Below, piece after piece: positions 8,939 through 17,914 of a DNA stretch of 40,181 nucleotides. Source of the DNA: Bacteroidota bacterium (GTDB taxonomy: Bacteria; Bacteroidota; Bacteroidia; Bacteroidales; GWE2-29-8); the NCBI GenBank assembly GCA_030706235.1, contig JAUZOY010000003.1:1-40181 (forward strand), given 5' to 3'. Position numbers and translations under genes: made by a program. Each line of letters opens with the position of its first letter. Within the stretch, counting starts at the first letter, position 1. Below the pieces are notes generated by a model. The model saw nothing but the letters and a program-made list of their open reading frames with translations. It was not told where the DNA came from and did not search any database.

Positions 8939-9591
8939 ATGAGAAAAAATTTATGTTTTTTTGTAGCAATTAGCGTAATATCAGTAGGCTTATTCGTTAC
9001 CTCATGTAAGAAGAGTGATAGTTCGGATTCTTCAGATTCCACTACTAAGACAACAACTTCGAATAAAGCAGTGAACTTTTTAAAAGTTGGTAATCAATGG
9101 GTTTATTCATGTAAATCTGTTGTTTCTGCTGGTTATTACAATGATACGACAAAATCTGAAGTAACAGATAAAATTGTTCAGGATATGGGTAACGGAGATT
9201 TTAAATTAGTTGCATATTTATCTGCATCCGGAGCAAATATTACAAGTGATTCAGTTAAATATTCAGTAGATGCTGATTATTTATATAGATACCAGTCATT
9301 AAGTTCAAATGTAAAATATAATTAATGAGTAGCAATCCTTCTGCTGGTCAAACATATAGTAATGTAATAAATGGTGATACAATTACTGAAACAGTTATGG
9401 GTAGTGAAAAAATTACAGTAGCTGCCGGAACATTTACATGTTGGAAAATAAAGGAAGTTCATTCATATAATGGTAGCACAGCATATGCTTGGATTGATAA
9501 AGATGCCGGAGTAATTAAGGAATCAGCCACAATAAGTTCATCTTATTATACTTCTTCTACTATTATGGAACTAAAATCAAAGAATTTTTAA
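8939..9591 (+). pseudogene. Ser/Thr-rich lipoprotein apparently split by a 1-nt frameshift (ORFs 8939-9325 and 9325-9591)
   Basis: ORF1 has a lipoprotein signal (FVTSC-KKSDSSD) and NFLKVGNQWVY. ORF2 has no signal and carries EKITVAAGTFTCWKI...WIDKDAGVIKE, typical of the C-terminal half of DUF3108-like beta proteins. The junction is TATAAT-TAATG. Confidence 0.6.
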
Positions 9592-9611
9592 TTTTATCAG
9601 AAAATTATCCT

Positions 9612-10730
9612 TTAACTGGTTTTATGGTATCTCCATATTGCGAGAGCATTGGTTAAAAAAGCAAAAATGATTATGGCAGTAACCTGTGGTTTTATATCAC
9701 TAAGGGTACTGCCTTTTAGTAGTACAAGCCGTATTATGGATACAAGATATGCAGTAGGGTTAATTATATCTATTTTCTGTGCCCATACTGGCATATTACT
9801 TATGGCTGTGAATAAACCACTCATAAGTATAAATGTGAATAAAAAGAACATTGTTACAAACATTGCCTGTGATTGAGTTTCAGAAATAGTTGAGATCAGA
9901 AAACCAAACCCAAGAACTGCAAAAAGATAAATTGAAACTACGCCATATAGAAGTAAAAGACTTCCTACGATTGGTAGGTCGTATAATAATTTTGAAACAA
10001 GAAGCCCTATTGTTAATAATACCAGTCCTAGAATCCAGAATGGTAGCAACTTGCCTGCAATAAATTGGAATCTTCCTATTGGTGTGACATTCAGTTGCTC
10101 GATAGTTCCGATTTCTTTTTCTCTGACAATATTTAATGCTGAAAGAAGGATTCCTATTAGTGTAATGAGTAGTGCCAGTATACCGGGAAGCATAAGCGTT
10201 TTATAATCCAGACGGGGATTAAACCAGTTTGAGTATGTTATATCAAAATATGAAATATTGTTTTGATTCGCTGTTGCTTGAAAATTTGCAGATAATTCTT
10301 TTGCATAATCCGTCAGAATATTTACGGCATATGATGATGCTATTCCTGCTTTCAAACTGTTGATTGCATTAACAGTAACTGATATTCGTGGATTATTCCC
10401 TTTATAAATGTCTTTTTCAAAATCCTTTGGTATCTGGACAATTATATCGGTTTTGTCTCTTTCCATTTTTTTTATTGCAATTGCTGAGGTGGTTTCGAAA
10501 TCTTTCAGAATAAAGTAACCTGAAGCCTGAAGCTTGTTAATTATCTTTTGCGAAGTTGGAGACATGTCTCTGTCAACGATGCCAAGTGAGATATTATTCA
10601 TATCCATGTTAGCAGCATTTACAAGAACTATCAACTGAATTACGGGTACCAGAAATATTATTCTTATCATTGCTTTATCTCTGAATACCTGCAGAAACTC
10701 CTTCCTGATTATTGCACCTATTGTTCGCAT
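9612..10730 (-). CDS. ABC-2 type permease (YbhR-like)
   Basis: IIRKEFLQVFRD, NIVREKEIGTIEQLNVTPI, six TM segments. Confidence 0.92.
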   Translation of the reverse strand: MRTIGAIIRKEFLQVFRDKAMIRIIFLVPVIQLIVLVNAANMDMNNISLGIVDRDMSPTSQKIINKLQASGYFILKDFETTSAIAIKKMERDKTDIIVQIPKDFEKDIYKGNNPRISVTVNAINSLKAGIASSYAVNILTDYAKELSANFQATANQNNISYFDITYSNWFNPRLDYKTLMLPGILALLITLIGILLSALNIVREKEIGTIEQLNVTPIGRFQFIAGKLLPFWILGLVLLTIGLLVSKLLYDLPIVGSLLLLYGVVSIYLFAVLGFGFLISTISETQSQAMFVTMFFLFTFILMSGLFTAISNMPVWAQKIDIINPTAYLVSIIRLVLLKGSTLSDIKPQVTAIIIFAFLTNALAIWRYHKTS

Positions 10731-10761
10731 AAGCAGTTAATTTATATTTTATAAATATTTA

Positions 10762-10789
10762 TAACTCATAACTCATTATTCATCACTAA
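10762..10789. repeat. Degenerate heptamer tandem repeat (TAACTCA)x4 between the permease genes
   Basis: taactca taactca ttattca tcactaa, immediately after the stop of the upstream permease. Confidence 0.65.
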
Positions 10790-10790
10790 A

Positions 10791-11897
10791 TTACGCGTTC
10801 CTTTGTCTGAATTTCTTGATACTAACCGTAATAAATACCATTGTCATTAAATTAAGTACAAGTATTTGTAACCAGACATTTTCAATTCCTGTTCCTTTTA
10901 TCATTACATTTTTAATAGCTTCAATAAACCATTTTGCCGGGAAGATTTGGCATAAAATCTGAAGAATAAATGGCATGTTATCTATAGGAAAAATAAATCC
11001 GGATAATAAAATAGTTGGAAGAAATAATCCTATTATGGATACAATTATTGCCGTTTGTTGTGTGTCAACCATTGAAGAAATCATTATCCCGAGAGATACC
11101 GCAGTTAACAGAAAAACAATGCATACAATAAACATAAGGAACAAACTTCCATGTATTGGCATTTTAAAAATAAACATACTCAAAATGATAATTATGCAGG
11201 CATTAATAAGTGACAATGCAAGATAGGGGATAACCTTACCAATAATTATGGTAGATGGTTTGAGAGGGGAAACTGTAAGAACTCTGAATGTTCCCATTTC
11301 TTTTTCTTTTGCAAGAGTTACTGCAGTCATCATTGCTGAAACTATAAGCATTATCAAAGCAAGAACTCCGGGAACAAACATAAAAACGCTTTTCATTTCA
11401 GGATTATAAAGCATTTTGATTGTTGTATCAAACAGAGTTTTATTACTTGTGCTTTTTGATATATCCTGTTGATAATTAAGTATGATGGAATTAGCATAAT
11501 TAATCAGGATTGTAGCTGTATTCAGATCTGAAGCATCGGCAATGAGTTGAACTTGTGCTTTGTTGTTATGTGTATAGCTTTCTGAAAATTTCTCGGGAAA
11601 TACCACCGCAAGTTTTATTTGTCCATCTCTGAATACTTGTTGCAATTCATTATTTGATTGCAAGGTTTTTACTTTAATAAAATATCCTGAAGATGTAAGT
11701 TTATTGATTATTCCTGTTGAAAGATTATCATTTGAATTATCCAGAATGGCTATTTCTGCATTCTTAATATCATTAGTTATTGCAAAACCAAAAAGTATAA
11801 CTAATACTACCGGCATAGCAAAAACTATGAGAAGTGTTCTTCTGTCTCTCAGTATATGCCTGAATTCTTTTTTTGTAAATGATATTAGTTGTTTCAT
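10791..11897 (-). CDS. ABC-2 type permease (YbhS-like)
   Basis: KKEFRHILRDRRTL, AKEKEMGT, LLSGFIFPIDNMP. Confidence 0.92.
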   Translation of the reverse strand: MKQLISFTKKEFRHILRDRRTLLIVFAMPVVLVILFGFAITNDIKNAEIAILDNSNDNLSTGIINKLTSSGYFIKVKTLQSNNELQQVFRDGQIKLAVVFPEKFSESYTHNNKAQVQLIADASDLNTATILINYANSIILNYQQDISKSTSNKTLFDTTIKMLYNPEMKSVFMFVPGVLALIMLIVSAMMTAVTLAKEKEMGTFRVLTVSPLKPSTIIIGKVIPYLALSLINACIIIILSMFIFKMPIHGSLFLMFIVCIVFLLTAVSLGIMISSMVDTQQTAIIVSIIGLFLPTILLSGFIFPIDNMPFILQILCQIFPAKWFIEAIKNVMIKGTGIENVWLQILVLNLMTMVFITVSIKKFRQRNA

Positions 11898-11900
11898 ATT

Positions 11901-12632
11901 TTATTTAGTAGCTGTTTCACGTGCAAGCATATAAAATACTTCATCCATTGAAGTTGCATTGTATTTTTGTTTTAGATATTGTGGTGAACCCAGGGCATCA
12001 ATCCTTCCGTCAACCATAATGGAAACTCTGTTGCAATATTCGGCCTCATCCATGTAATGTGTAGTTACAAAAACAGTTGTTCCTTCATCTGCAGTTTCAT
12101 AAATTAATTCCCAAAATTGCCTTCGTGTTATTGGGTCAACACCTCCTGTTGGCTCATCCAGAAAAACTATTTTTGGCTCATGTAGAATTGCAACAGAAAA
12201 TGAAATTTTTTGTTTCCATCCCAAAGGTAAGTCTTTAACAAATTTATTTTTTTCAGATATCATTTGAAGTCGCTCAAGTAGTTTGGTAGTTTTTTCTTTA
12301 ATTTGTAGTCTGGTTAACCCGTAAACTGTTCCGTAGAATTCTATGTTTTCTTTAACAGTAAGGTCATTATAGAGTGAAAATTTCTGACTCATATAACCAA
12401 TATTACGCTTTATTTTCTCAGATTGTTTATATACATCGAATCCTGCAACAGTTGCTTTCCCTGAAGTAGGACCAAGCAGACCACAAAGCATTCGCATGGC
12501 TGTCGTTTTCCCGGCTCCGTTAGCTCCAAGAAATCCGAATATTTCTCCTTTACCAACTTCGAATGTTATATTATCCACTGCAGTGAAGTCCCCAAATCTT
12601 TTAGTAAGTTTATCTGCAATTATTGTGTTCAT
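11901..12632 (-). CDS. ABC transporter ATP-binding protein (like the second NBD of YbhF)
   Basis: Walker A GANGAGKT, signature variant LPLGWKQ, Walker B VFLDEPT, TTHYMDEAE. Confidence 0.95.
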   Translation of the reverse strand: MNTIIADKLTKRFGDFTAVDNITFEVGKGEIFGFLGANGAGKTTAMRMLCGLLGPTSGKATVAGFDVYKQSEKIKRNIGYMSQKFSLYNDLTVKENIEFYGTVYGLTRLQIKEKTTKLLERLQMISEKNKFVKDLPLGWKQKISFSVAILHEPKIVFLDEPTGGVDPITRRQFWELIYETADEGTTVFVTTHYMDEAEYCNRVSIMVDGRIDALGSPQYLKQKYNATSMDEVFYMLARETATK

Positions 12633-12679
12633 AAAGTTATTGAGTTCATAAAGTTTATAATGTTTGTAGAGTTCATAAA
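12627..12679. repeat. Nonamer tandem repeat (GTTCATAAA), about 6 units
   Basis: gttcataaa gttattga gttcataaa gtttataat gtttgtaga gttcataaa. Confidence 0.8.
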
Positions 12680-12767
12680 GTTTTAATAAGTCCTGAGATT
12701 ATTTTAGATATTTCTTCTCCTTTGCCTTTTGCCAAGCTATTATATCTTCAAATCTATGAATAACCAT
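12673..12767 (-). pseudogene. Internally deleted four-helix-bundle (23S rRNA-IVP/bAvd-like) gene remnant
   Basis: ATG at 12767 reads MVIHRFEDIIAWQKAKE, the family's F(E)DL/IxxWQKA N-terminus. A shifted frame from 12720 reads GEEISKIISGLIKTL-TGA, a typical C-terminal helix. The middle of the gene is absent. Confidence 0.8.
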
Positions 12768-12808
12768 AACTTTTAACTTTTAACTTTTAACTTTCAACTT
12801 TCAAACTG
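12767..12808. repeat. Heptamer tandem repeat (TAACTTT), about 6 units, overlapping the ABC ATPase stop
   Basis: taacttt x4, caacttt, caaactg. Confidence 0.88.
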
Positions 12809-13713
12809 TTATTCATTAATTCCATAAATGTATCTTCTATGCCTGCATTAATTATTTTAACTATAACATTTTCATGCCCTTTGCTGAAAAGATATTGAGC
12901 CAAATCATTTTTACTTGTTGCCTGGCTTTTTACAGCTAGATGTACATCCTGACCAAAGGAATAACAGCTATGGGTTTCTTCATACATTCTAAGATCTTTA
13001 AGCAATCTGTAAAGATTTTCAGAATGTATTGAAAAAAGTTTTTTACCGAATTTCTCAGTTATTCTTAATGGCGTGTCAATAGCCATAATAGTTCCCTGTT
13101 GTATGAGTGCTACTCTGTCGCATAGCATTGCTTCATCCATATATGGTGTTGAAATAAGAATAGTAATTTCTTTTTCCTTTAATCTTTTAAGCATCCCCCA
13201 GAATTCTTTTCTTGAAACCGGGTCAACTCCTGTTGTTGGTTCATCTAAGCAGAGTACCGTAGGCTTGTGAACAAGAGCACAACATAAAGCCAGTTTTTGT
13301 TTCATCCCTCCCGATAATTTTCCCGCTGGTCGGGTTTGGAATGGTTCTATTTGTACCCAGATATCTTTTATTAAATCATAGTTTTCTTCAATGGTCCCAC
13401 CAAAAATACTGGCAAAAAAATCCAGATTTTCATAAACAGAAAGATCCTGATAAAGAGAAAACTTGCCGGGCATGTACCCAAGTAGTTTTCTGATCTTAAG
13501 ATAATCTTTAACTACATCGAGATTTTCAATAGTTGCTTTCCCTTTATCAGGGAGTAGTAGAGTAACAAGAATATCAAATAGAGTAGATTTTCCTGCACCA
13601 TCTGCGCCTATAAGCCCAAATATTTCTCCCTTATGAACATTTATTGAAATATCCTTTAAGGCAACTATATTGCCATATGATTTGGAAATATTTTCTATCT
13701 GTATTGAATTCAT
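12787..13713 (-). CDS. ABC transporter ATP-binding protein (like the first NBD of YbhF)
   Basis: Walker A GADGAGKS, LSGGMKQ, LCLDEPT, STPYMDEA. Confidence 0.95.
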   Translation of the reverse strand: MNSIQIENISKSYGNIVALKDISINVHKGEIFGLIGADGAGKSTLFDILVTLLLPDKGKATIENLDVVKDYLKIRKLLGYMPGKFSLYQDLSVYENLDFFASIFGGTIEENYDLIKDIWVQIEPFQTRPAGKLSGGMKQKLALCCALVHKPTVLCLDEPTTGVDPVSRKEFWGMLKRLKEKEITILISTPYMDEAMLCDRVALIQQGTIMAIDTPLRITEKFGKKLFSIHSENLYRLLKDLRMYEETHSCYSFGQDVHLAVKSQATSKNDLAQYLFSKGHENVIVKIINAGIEDTFMELMNNSLKVES

Positions 13714-13737
13714 TTACTTAATTAATCATTGAATTTC

Positions 13738-14637
13738 TTATTTGAATATTACTTCTCCCGGCATTCCGATTTTAAGGCTGCCATCATTTTTAACAAGTAT
13801 TTTTATAGCATATACCAGGTTTACTCTTTCGTCTTTCGTTTGGATTATTTTTGGCGTAAATTCTGCTTTATCAGCTATCCAGCTAATTGTCCCTTGGTAC
13901 TCTTTATAATTTTTTCCTGGAATATCGACTAATACTTTTACATTCTGTCTCAATTTAACTTGTGATAGCTGCTCTTCTGAGATATACGCTCTGAGAGTTA
14001 TTTCACTAATATCTGAAATTTTATACAGAGGTTTGCCCTGAGTAGCCAATTCGAATTGTTCTGCATATTTAGAAAGTATAGTTCCTTTGATAGGATTGAT
14101 TATTATACTTTTGGATATCATGTCCTCTATCTGGTCTATCTGAGCTTTAAGTGGTTCGATTTCGGATAGTGTTCCGTTAGTCTGAGTGCTTAACGTTGAG
14201 CGTGTTGCCGCAATTTGTTTTCCAAGTACAAGTATTTGTGAATTTATATCATCTACTTGTTTACCGGTTGCTGCATTTCCTTTCTGAAGGTTAATAATCC
14301 TCTGTTTTTCATGTTCAGCATTCCTAAGTTGTTCCTGAAGTGCGTCTAACTGTACCGGTATATCAGGAGTTTTTGCCCTGAGTGCAGAAATACTGGCATT
14401 AAGCTGCTTCTTTTTTAAATGCAGTTGCAAAGTATCGATATAGCCTATTGTATCACCTGCTTTTAGAAGTTGACTCTCTTTAATATTAAGTTTCATTATT
14501 TTGCCGTTGCCTTCACTTGATACTATAGTTTCATCTGCTTCAAAATTTCCGAAAGCATCTGATTTATGATTCATGTTTTTACATGAAACGATTATTGAAA
14601 ATCCAATAAAAATTATAAATAATTCAGTTTTTCTCAT
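13738..14637 (-). CDS. HlyD family membrane-fusion lipoprotein (YbhG-like)
   Basis: Lipobox IVSC, GNFEADETIVSSEGNGKI, coiled coil, AEFTPKIIQTKDER, LKIGMPGEV. Confidence 0.92.
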   Translation of the reverse strand: MRKTELFIIFIGFSIIVSCKNMNHKSDAFGNFEADETIVSSEGNGKIMKLNIKESQLLKAGDTIGYIDTLQLHLKKKQLNASISALRAKTPDIPVQLDALQEQLRNAEHEKQRIINLQKGNAATGKQVDDINSQILVLGKQIAATRSTLSTQTNGTLSEIEPLKAQIDQIEDMISKSIIINPIKGTILSKYAEQFELATQGKPLYKISDISEITLRAYISEEQLSQVKLRQNVKVLVDIPGKNYKEYQGTISWIADKAEFTPKIIQTKDERVNLVYAIKILVKNDGSLKIGMPGEVIFK

Positions 14638-14687
14638 TTCAATTTAATTTTTGATTATATTCTTAATTATTTTAATAACAAGTTGTT

Positions 14688-15965
14688 TTAATTGTTCCCG
14701 GTTAGTGATATATAGTTTATTTTAGCCTGAAGTAATTGCATTTCATGTAGTTTTAAACTTTGCATAGCCTGATTTTCTTCATTAAGTTCAGTAAGGTAAT
14801 CATCAGATGTAATCACACCATTTAAAAGCTGAACTGAAGCAGCTTCTTTAATTTCTTTACGCTTGGCAATTATTTCCTTATCCTTGTCCAGTAGCATTTG
14901 ATATTTTTCTATTTCCTGTATTTGTTGTCTTATTAGCACTTGATTATTTATTGAAAAGTTTTCCTTTTGTTTGTCTACAATTTTCTTTTGGATTTCAATA
15001 CTCTGTTTTTGTTCTTTGATGGATGTCCAGTTTGAAAGAGGAACAGTGAGTTTAATCCCTGCAATATAATACCATTTGAATTCATCCTCAAGAAAATTCA
15101 GGCCGGGCTTTCCGTCTCCGCCTGTCGCAAAGAAATATACTTTGGGCATATTACCTGTTGAGATTAAGTCTGATTGATTTTGAAGAGTATTTTTCTGAAT
15201 ATCGAATAATTTAAATTCAGGACGATTGGATGCAAGATCCGGTTTTGTATATTTGACTTCAGGAATATTAAGTATTATGTTTTCATCCAGTGTCTTACCT
15301 AGCAAAACAGATAGCATGTCTATCAGTCCTCTCCTGTTTGACTTTAATTCTATTAATATCTGATCGCTATTTAATAAGCTTGCCTGAAGAACATCAAGAT
15401 TCTTTTTAAGTGCTGTGCCGTTTTTTACCATGGTTTCCATCTTGTCGATGTTGGTATTAATATCCTCCTTTAAAAGGTTCGTGATTTTTATATTCTCATC
15501 AATAAGGAGTACATTAAGATAAATTGTGTTGATCTGTTCTTTGAGTTTCTGAATATCAAGCTCAATTTTTTGCTGATCCGCATCTGAAGATGAAATCTGT
15601 AACTGTTTTTGTTTGCTTATTGTAGTCCCATCAAAAATCAATTGTCTAAAATCCAGAGTTGCTTTGTATTGATCTTTAGATAGGGTTGGAATGTTTAATT
15701 TTGGGATTGAAATAGGAATTTTTGTAACATCTGACTGGTAGGTCGCTTGTGCATTTATTTCGGCCTGAGGAAAATAGCCGGCATTTAATGCTCTAATATT
15801 TGCTTCGGATGATTGTTTTAAAAGTGTTTTCTGGTTTGTTAACGGAGAATAATCTATTGCTGATTTATAACATTGTTCAAGTGTTAATTTTTCCTCTGTT
15901 TGTGCATAAACAGATATGTTTCTTGTAAGAATGATCAGCAAAATGAATTTAAATGTTTTTATCAT
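14688..15965 (-). CDS. TolC family outer-membrane efflux protein
   Basis: Signal peptide, LTLEQCY, YFPQ, RPEFKLF, NGVITSDDYL. Located between the TetR and HlyD genes. Confidence 0.9.
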   Translation of the reverse strand: MIKTFKFILLIILTRNISVYAQTEEKLTLEQCYKSAIDYSPLTNQKTLLKQSSEANIRALNAGYFPQAEINAQATYQSDVTKIPISIPKLNIPTLSKDQYKATLDFRQLIFDGTTISKQKQLQISSSDADQQKIELDIQKLKEQINTIYLNVLLIDENIKITNLLKEDINTNIDKMETMVKNGTALKKNLDVLQASLLNSDQILIELKSNRRGLIDMLSVLLGKTLDENIILNIPEVKYTKPDLASNRPEFKLFDIQKNTLQNQSDLISTGNMPKVYFFATGGDGKPGLNFLEDEFKWYYIAGIKLTVPLSNWTSIKEQKQSIEIQKKIVDKQKENFSINNQVLIRQQIQEIEKYQMLLDKDKEIIAKRKEIKEAASVQLLNGVITSDDYLTELNEENQAMQSLKLHEMQLLQAKINYISLTGNN

Positions 15966-15986
15966 TTATCTTTAATTATTTAAAAT

Positions 15987-16601
15987 TCAACATTTCTTTA
16001 TCGCATTTATAACAAATTCAGTAATAATTTTTTTCCTTTCTTCGAGCAGCTCTCCATAGTAAGATTCACCGAATTCAAACACCCATTTAAATATTGGCTT
16101 TGCCAGAAAAGGAAATATACACATTGATAAGATATTCATAAATAAAGATATTGGATTTATCTCTCTTATAGTGCCTTTTATTGTTTCATTTTCAATATCT
16201 TCTGATAATCTTTTAAAAACTTTATTGTAAATATCCTTGTCTTTGAATTTCTTTTCAATTCTTTCTGGATTCTGTGTAATTTCATTTACAATAAAATTTG
16301 GCAGATATGGATTGGATATTAGTGTGTTAATGTAATTATGAATAATCAGTTCAATTTTTTCAAAAAGAGCTATATTGCTATTTGTAGCATCTAAAATACT
16401 GCTAATTAAAGTTTTAAATGCCTCTTCGAAAATTATGTCAAAAAGATTCTCCTTTGAACGGTAATAATAATGAACCATAGCAATATTAACATTTGCTTCT
16501 TTAGCAATATCTCTCGTTGTTGCACTACTGAACCCTTTTGTAATAAATACTTTTCTCGCGGCCTCAATTATGTCTTTTTCTGCGTCTTTGTTCTTTTCCA
16601 T
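15987..16601 (-). CDS. TetR/AcrR family regulator
   Basis: IIEAARKVFITKGFSSATTRDIAKEANVNIAMVHYYYRSKENL HTH. ATG at 16601 preferred over TTG at 16613. Confidence 0.93.
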   Translation of the reverse strand: MEKNKDAEKDIIEAARKVFITKGFSSATTRDIAKEANVNIAMVHYYYRSKENLFDIIFEEAFKTLISSILDATNSNIALFEKIELIIHNYINTLISNPYLPNFIVNEITQNPERIEKKFKDKDIYNKVFKRLSEDIENETIKGTIREINPISLFMNILSMCIFPFLAKPIFKWVFEFGESYYGELLEERKKIITEFVINAIKKC

Positions 16602-16604
16602 TCT

Positions 16605-16659
16605 TTTAATCAACTTCTTTAATCAAATAGTTTAATCAAATGATTAACGCGCAAAAGTA
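16605..16659 (-). promoter_or_regulatory. -7 box (TACTTTTG, 16652-16659) followed by a putative TetR operator array
   Basis: Palindrome TTAATCA-AA-TGATTAA at 16632-16647. TTTAATCAA repeated at 16605, 16618 and 16631 (13-bp period). Confidence 0.7.
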
Positions 16660-16690
16660 TAAATTATTTTTAACTTTGGTTAAAGATAAT

Positions 16691-16730
16691 AAAAAAAGTT
16701 ACTAACTGTTTAATAATTAGTAACTCTTTT
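16691..16730 (-). terminator. Probable intrinsic terminator of the nadB operon
   Basis: Stem AGTTACTAA (16697-16705) / TTAGTAACT (16717-16725), followed by a T-run on the - strand, about 20 nt after the stop at 16747. Confidence 0.6.
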
Positions 16731-16746
16731 TAAATATTTATGCTAA

Positions 16747-17175
16747 TTAATTATAAATATGGAGTGTTGTTCCGTCGAATGATGTTCTGTATTGTTTGAG
16801 TGGTGTAGTAGCAGGAGAATGAAGAACAGATCCGTCTAAAATAAGAAATTTTGACATACAGCATGAATCTATAGCTGTAACACCTGATTTTTCGACTTGT
16901 ATTCTGCATCCGTTTGATGGTTTGTAAGTGCAGTTTCTTTCAAGTGCAATAAATTCGTCCTGACTTTTACGGTAAACAATAATACCTTTGACTCCACCGG
17001 TAATATACTCCCAACCTCCGATTGCTGCAAGTTTTGTAAATTGAGTTGAAGATATATTCATATAAATATCTACGCTTACATTTGGTACAACTTCATCACT
17101 TTTTTTACATGAATTCACCGGAATGATCAATATTATAAGAATACTGGTCATAAGAAAATAAAATCTGAAAGGCAT
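16747..17175 (-). CDS. Rieske-fold-like lipoprotein lacking the canonical His ligands
   Basis: Signal ending VNSC-KKSDE. GGVKGIIVYR..FIALERNCTY..C....DSCCMSKF...DGSVLHSPATTPLKQYRT. Start uncertain (17175, 17220 or 17229). Confidence 0.7.
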   Translation of the reverse strand: MPFRFYFLMTSILIILIIPVNSCKKSDEVVPNVSVDIYMNISSTQFTKLAAIGGWEYITGGVKGIIVYRKSQDEFIALERNCTYKPSNGCRIQVEKSGVTAIDSCCMSKFLILDGSVLHSPATTPLKQYRTSFDGTTLHIYN

Positions 17176-17203
17176 TTTTATGTTTTTCAGTTGTAATGCT
17201 TTT

Positions 17204-17899
17204 TTAAGATTTAATGTCATCTTTATCAACCTGGAAACGGAAACCGAGACGTTTACCTGTAGTTATAGCCATATTTCTGTTAGTTTCTGTAAATTCTTCT
17301 ACTGTAACTTGTTTAACATCATCATAGAATGGGGTGAGCAAATCGAAATCTATACTATATAGCATTGTCGTTTCAATTATTTTGTAAATAGATTCGCGAT
17401 CAATTACTTTGTTAATAAAATTATTGAAAAGTAACCCCATTTGTTTTTTCCCTTCGACGAAGAAATGTTGTTCTTTATTTATAAAGATTCTCGCGACAAG
17501 ATATCCAAGATCATTATACCTGTTATATTTGAAAGAATCAGCTAGAAAGTTATAAACAAAAATTACTCCGCAGTATGAACGTTCTTTGTCCTCTTTGACA
17601 TAAGAAGTTTTATGAATTTCATGATCTCTTGGAAATTCAAAAACATTGGTGTGCATCATGAATACAAGTACATCGCTTCCGAATTTTATTTCAACTTCGA
17701 AGTTACTCATTTCTCTGTATTCAATTATGATATTTTTGTTTACTCCTGAGGCTTTGGCTTTAAGTTCATGAGATAGTTCCTTCAGTATTTCTTTAATAAT
17801 ATTGAAATTATATAAAGTATTCTGATATACATTCAGCTTTAAGGAAGCTTTGGATATTAGTTTGTTTGATATAGTATTTTGAGAATCTAATTCAGGCAT
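17204..17899 (-). CDS. Conserved hypothetical protein downstream of nadB
   Basis: 231-aa ORF with motifs FMMHTNVFEF and YNFLADSFKYNR. Tightly packed with nadB. ATG at 17899 preferred. Confidence 0.75.
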   Translation of the reverse strand: MPELDSQNTISNKLISKASLKLNVYQNTLYNFNIIKEILKELSHELKAKASGVNKNIIIEYREMSNFEVEIKFGSDVLVFMMHTNVFEFPRDHEIHKTSYVKEDKERSYCGVIFVYNFLADSFKYNRYNDLGYLVARIFINKEQHFFVEGKKQMGLLFNNFINKVIDRESIYKIIETTMLYSIDFDLLTPFYDDVKQVTVEEFTETNRNMAITTGKRLGFRFQVDKDDIKS

Positions 17900-17914
17900 T
17901 TTGAGCAAGTTTGG

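Noticed and set aside
12627-12808. Tandem arrays considered as a CRISPR array or a diversity-generating retroelement (because of the bAvd-like remnant)
   Set aside because: Units are 7-9 bp with no spacers and no cas genes. No reverse transcriptase or TR/VR pair was seen in the window.
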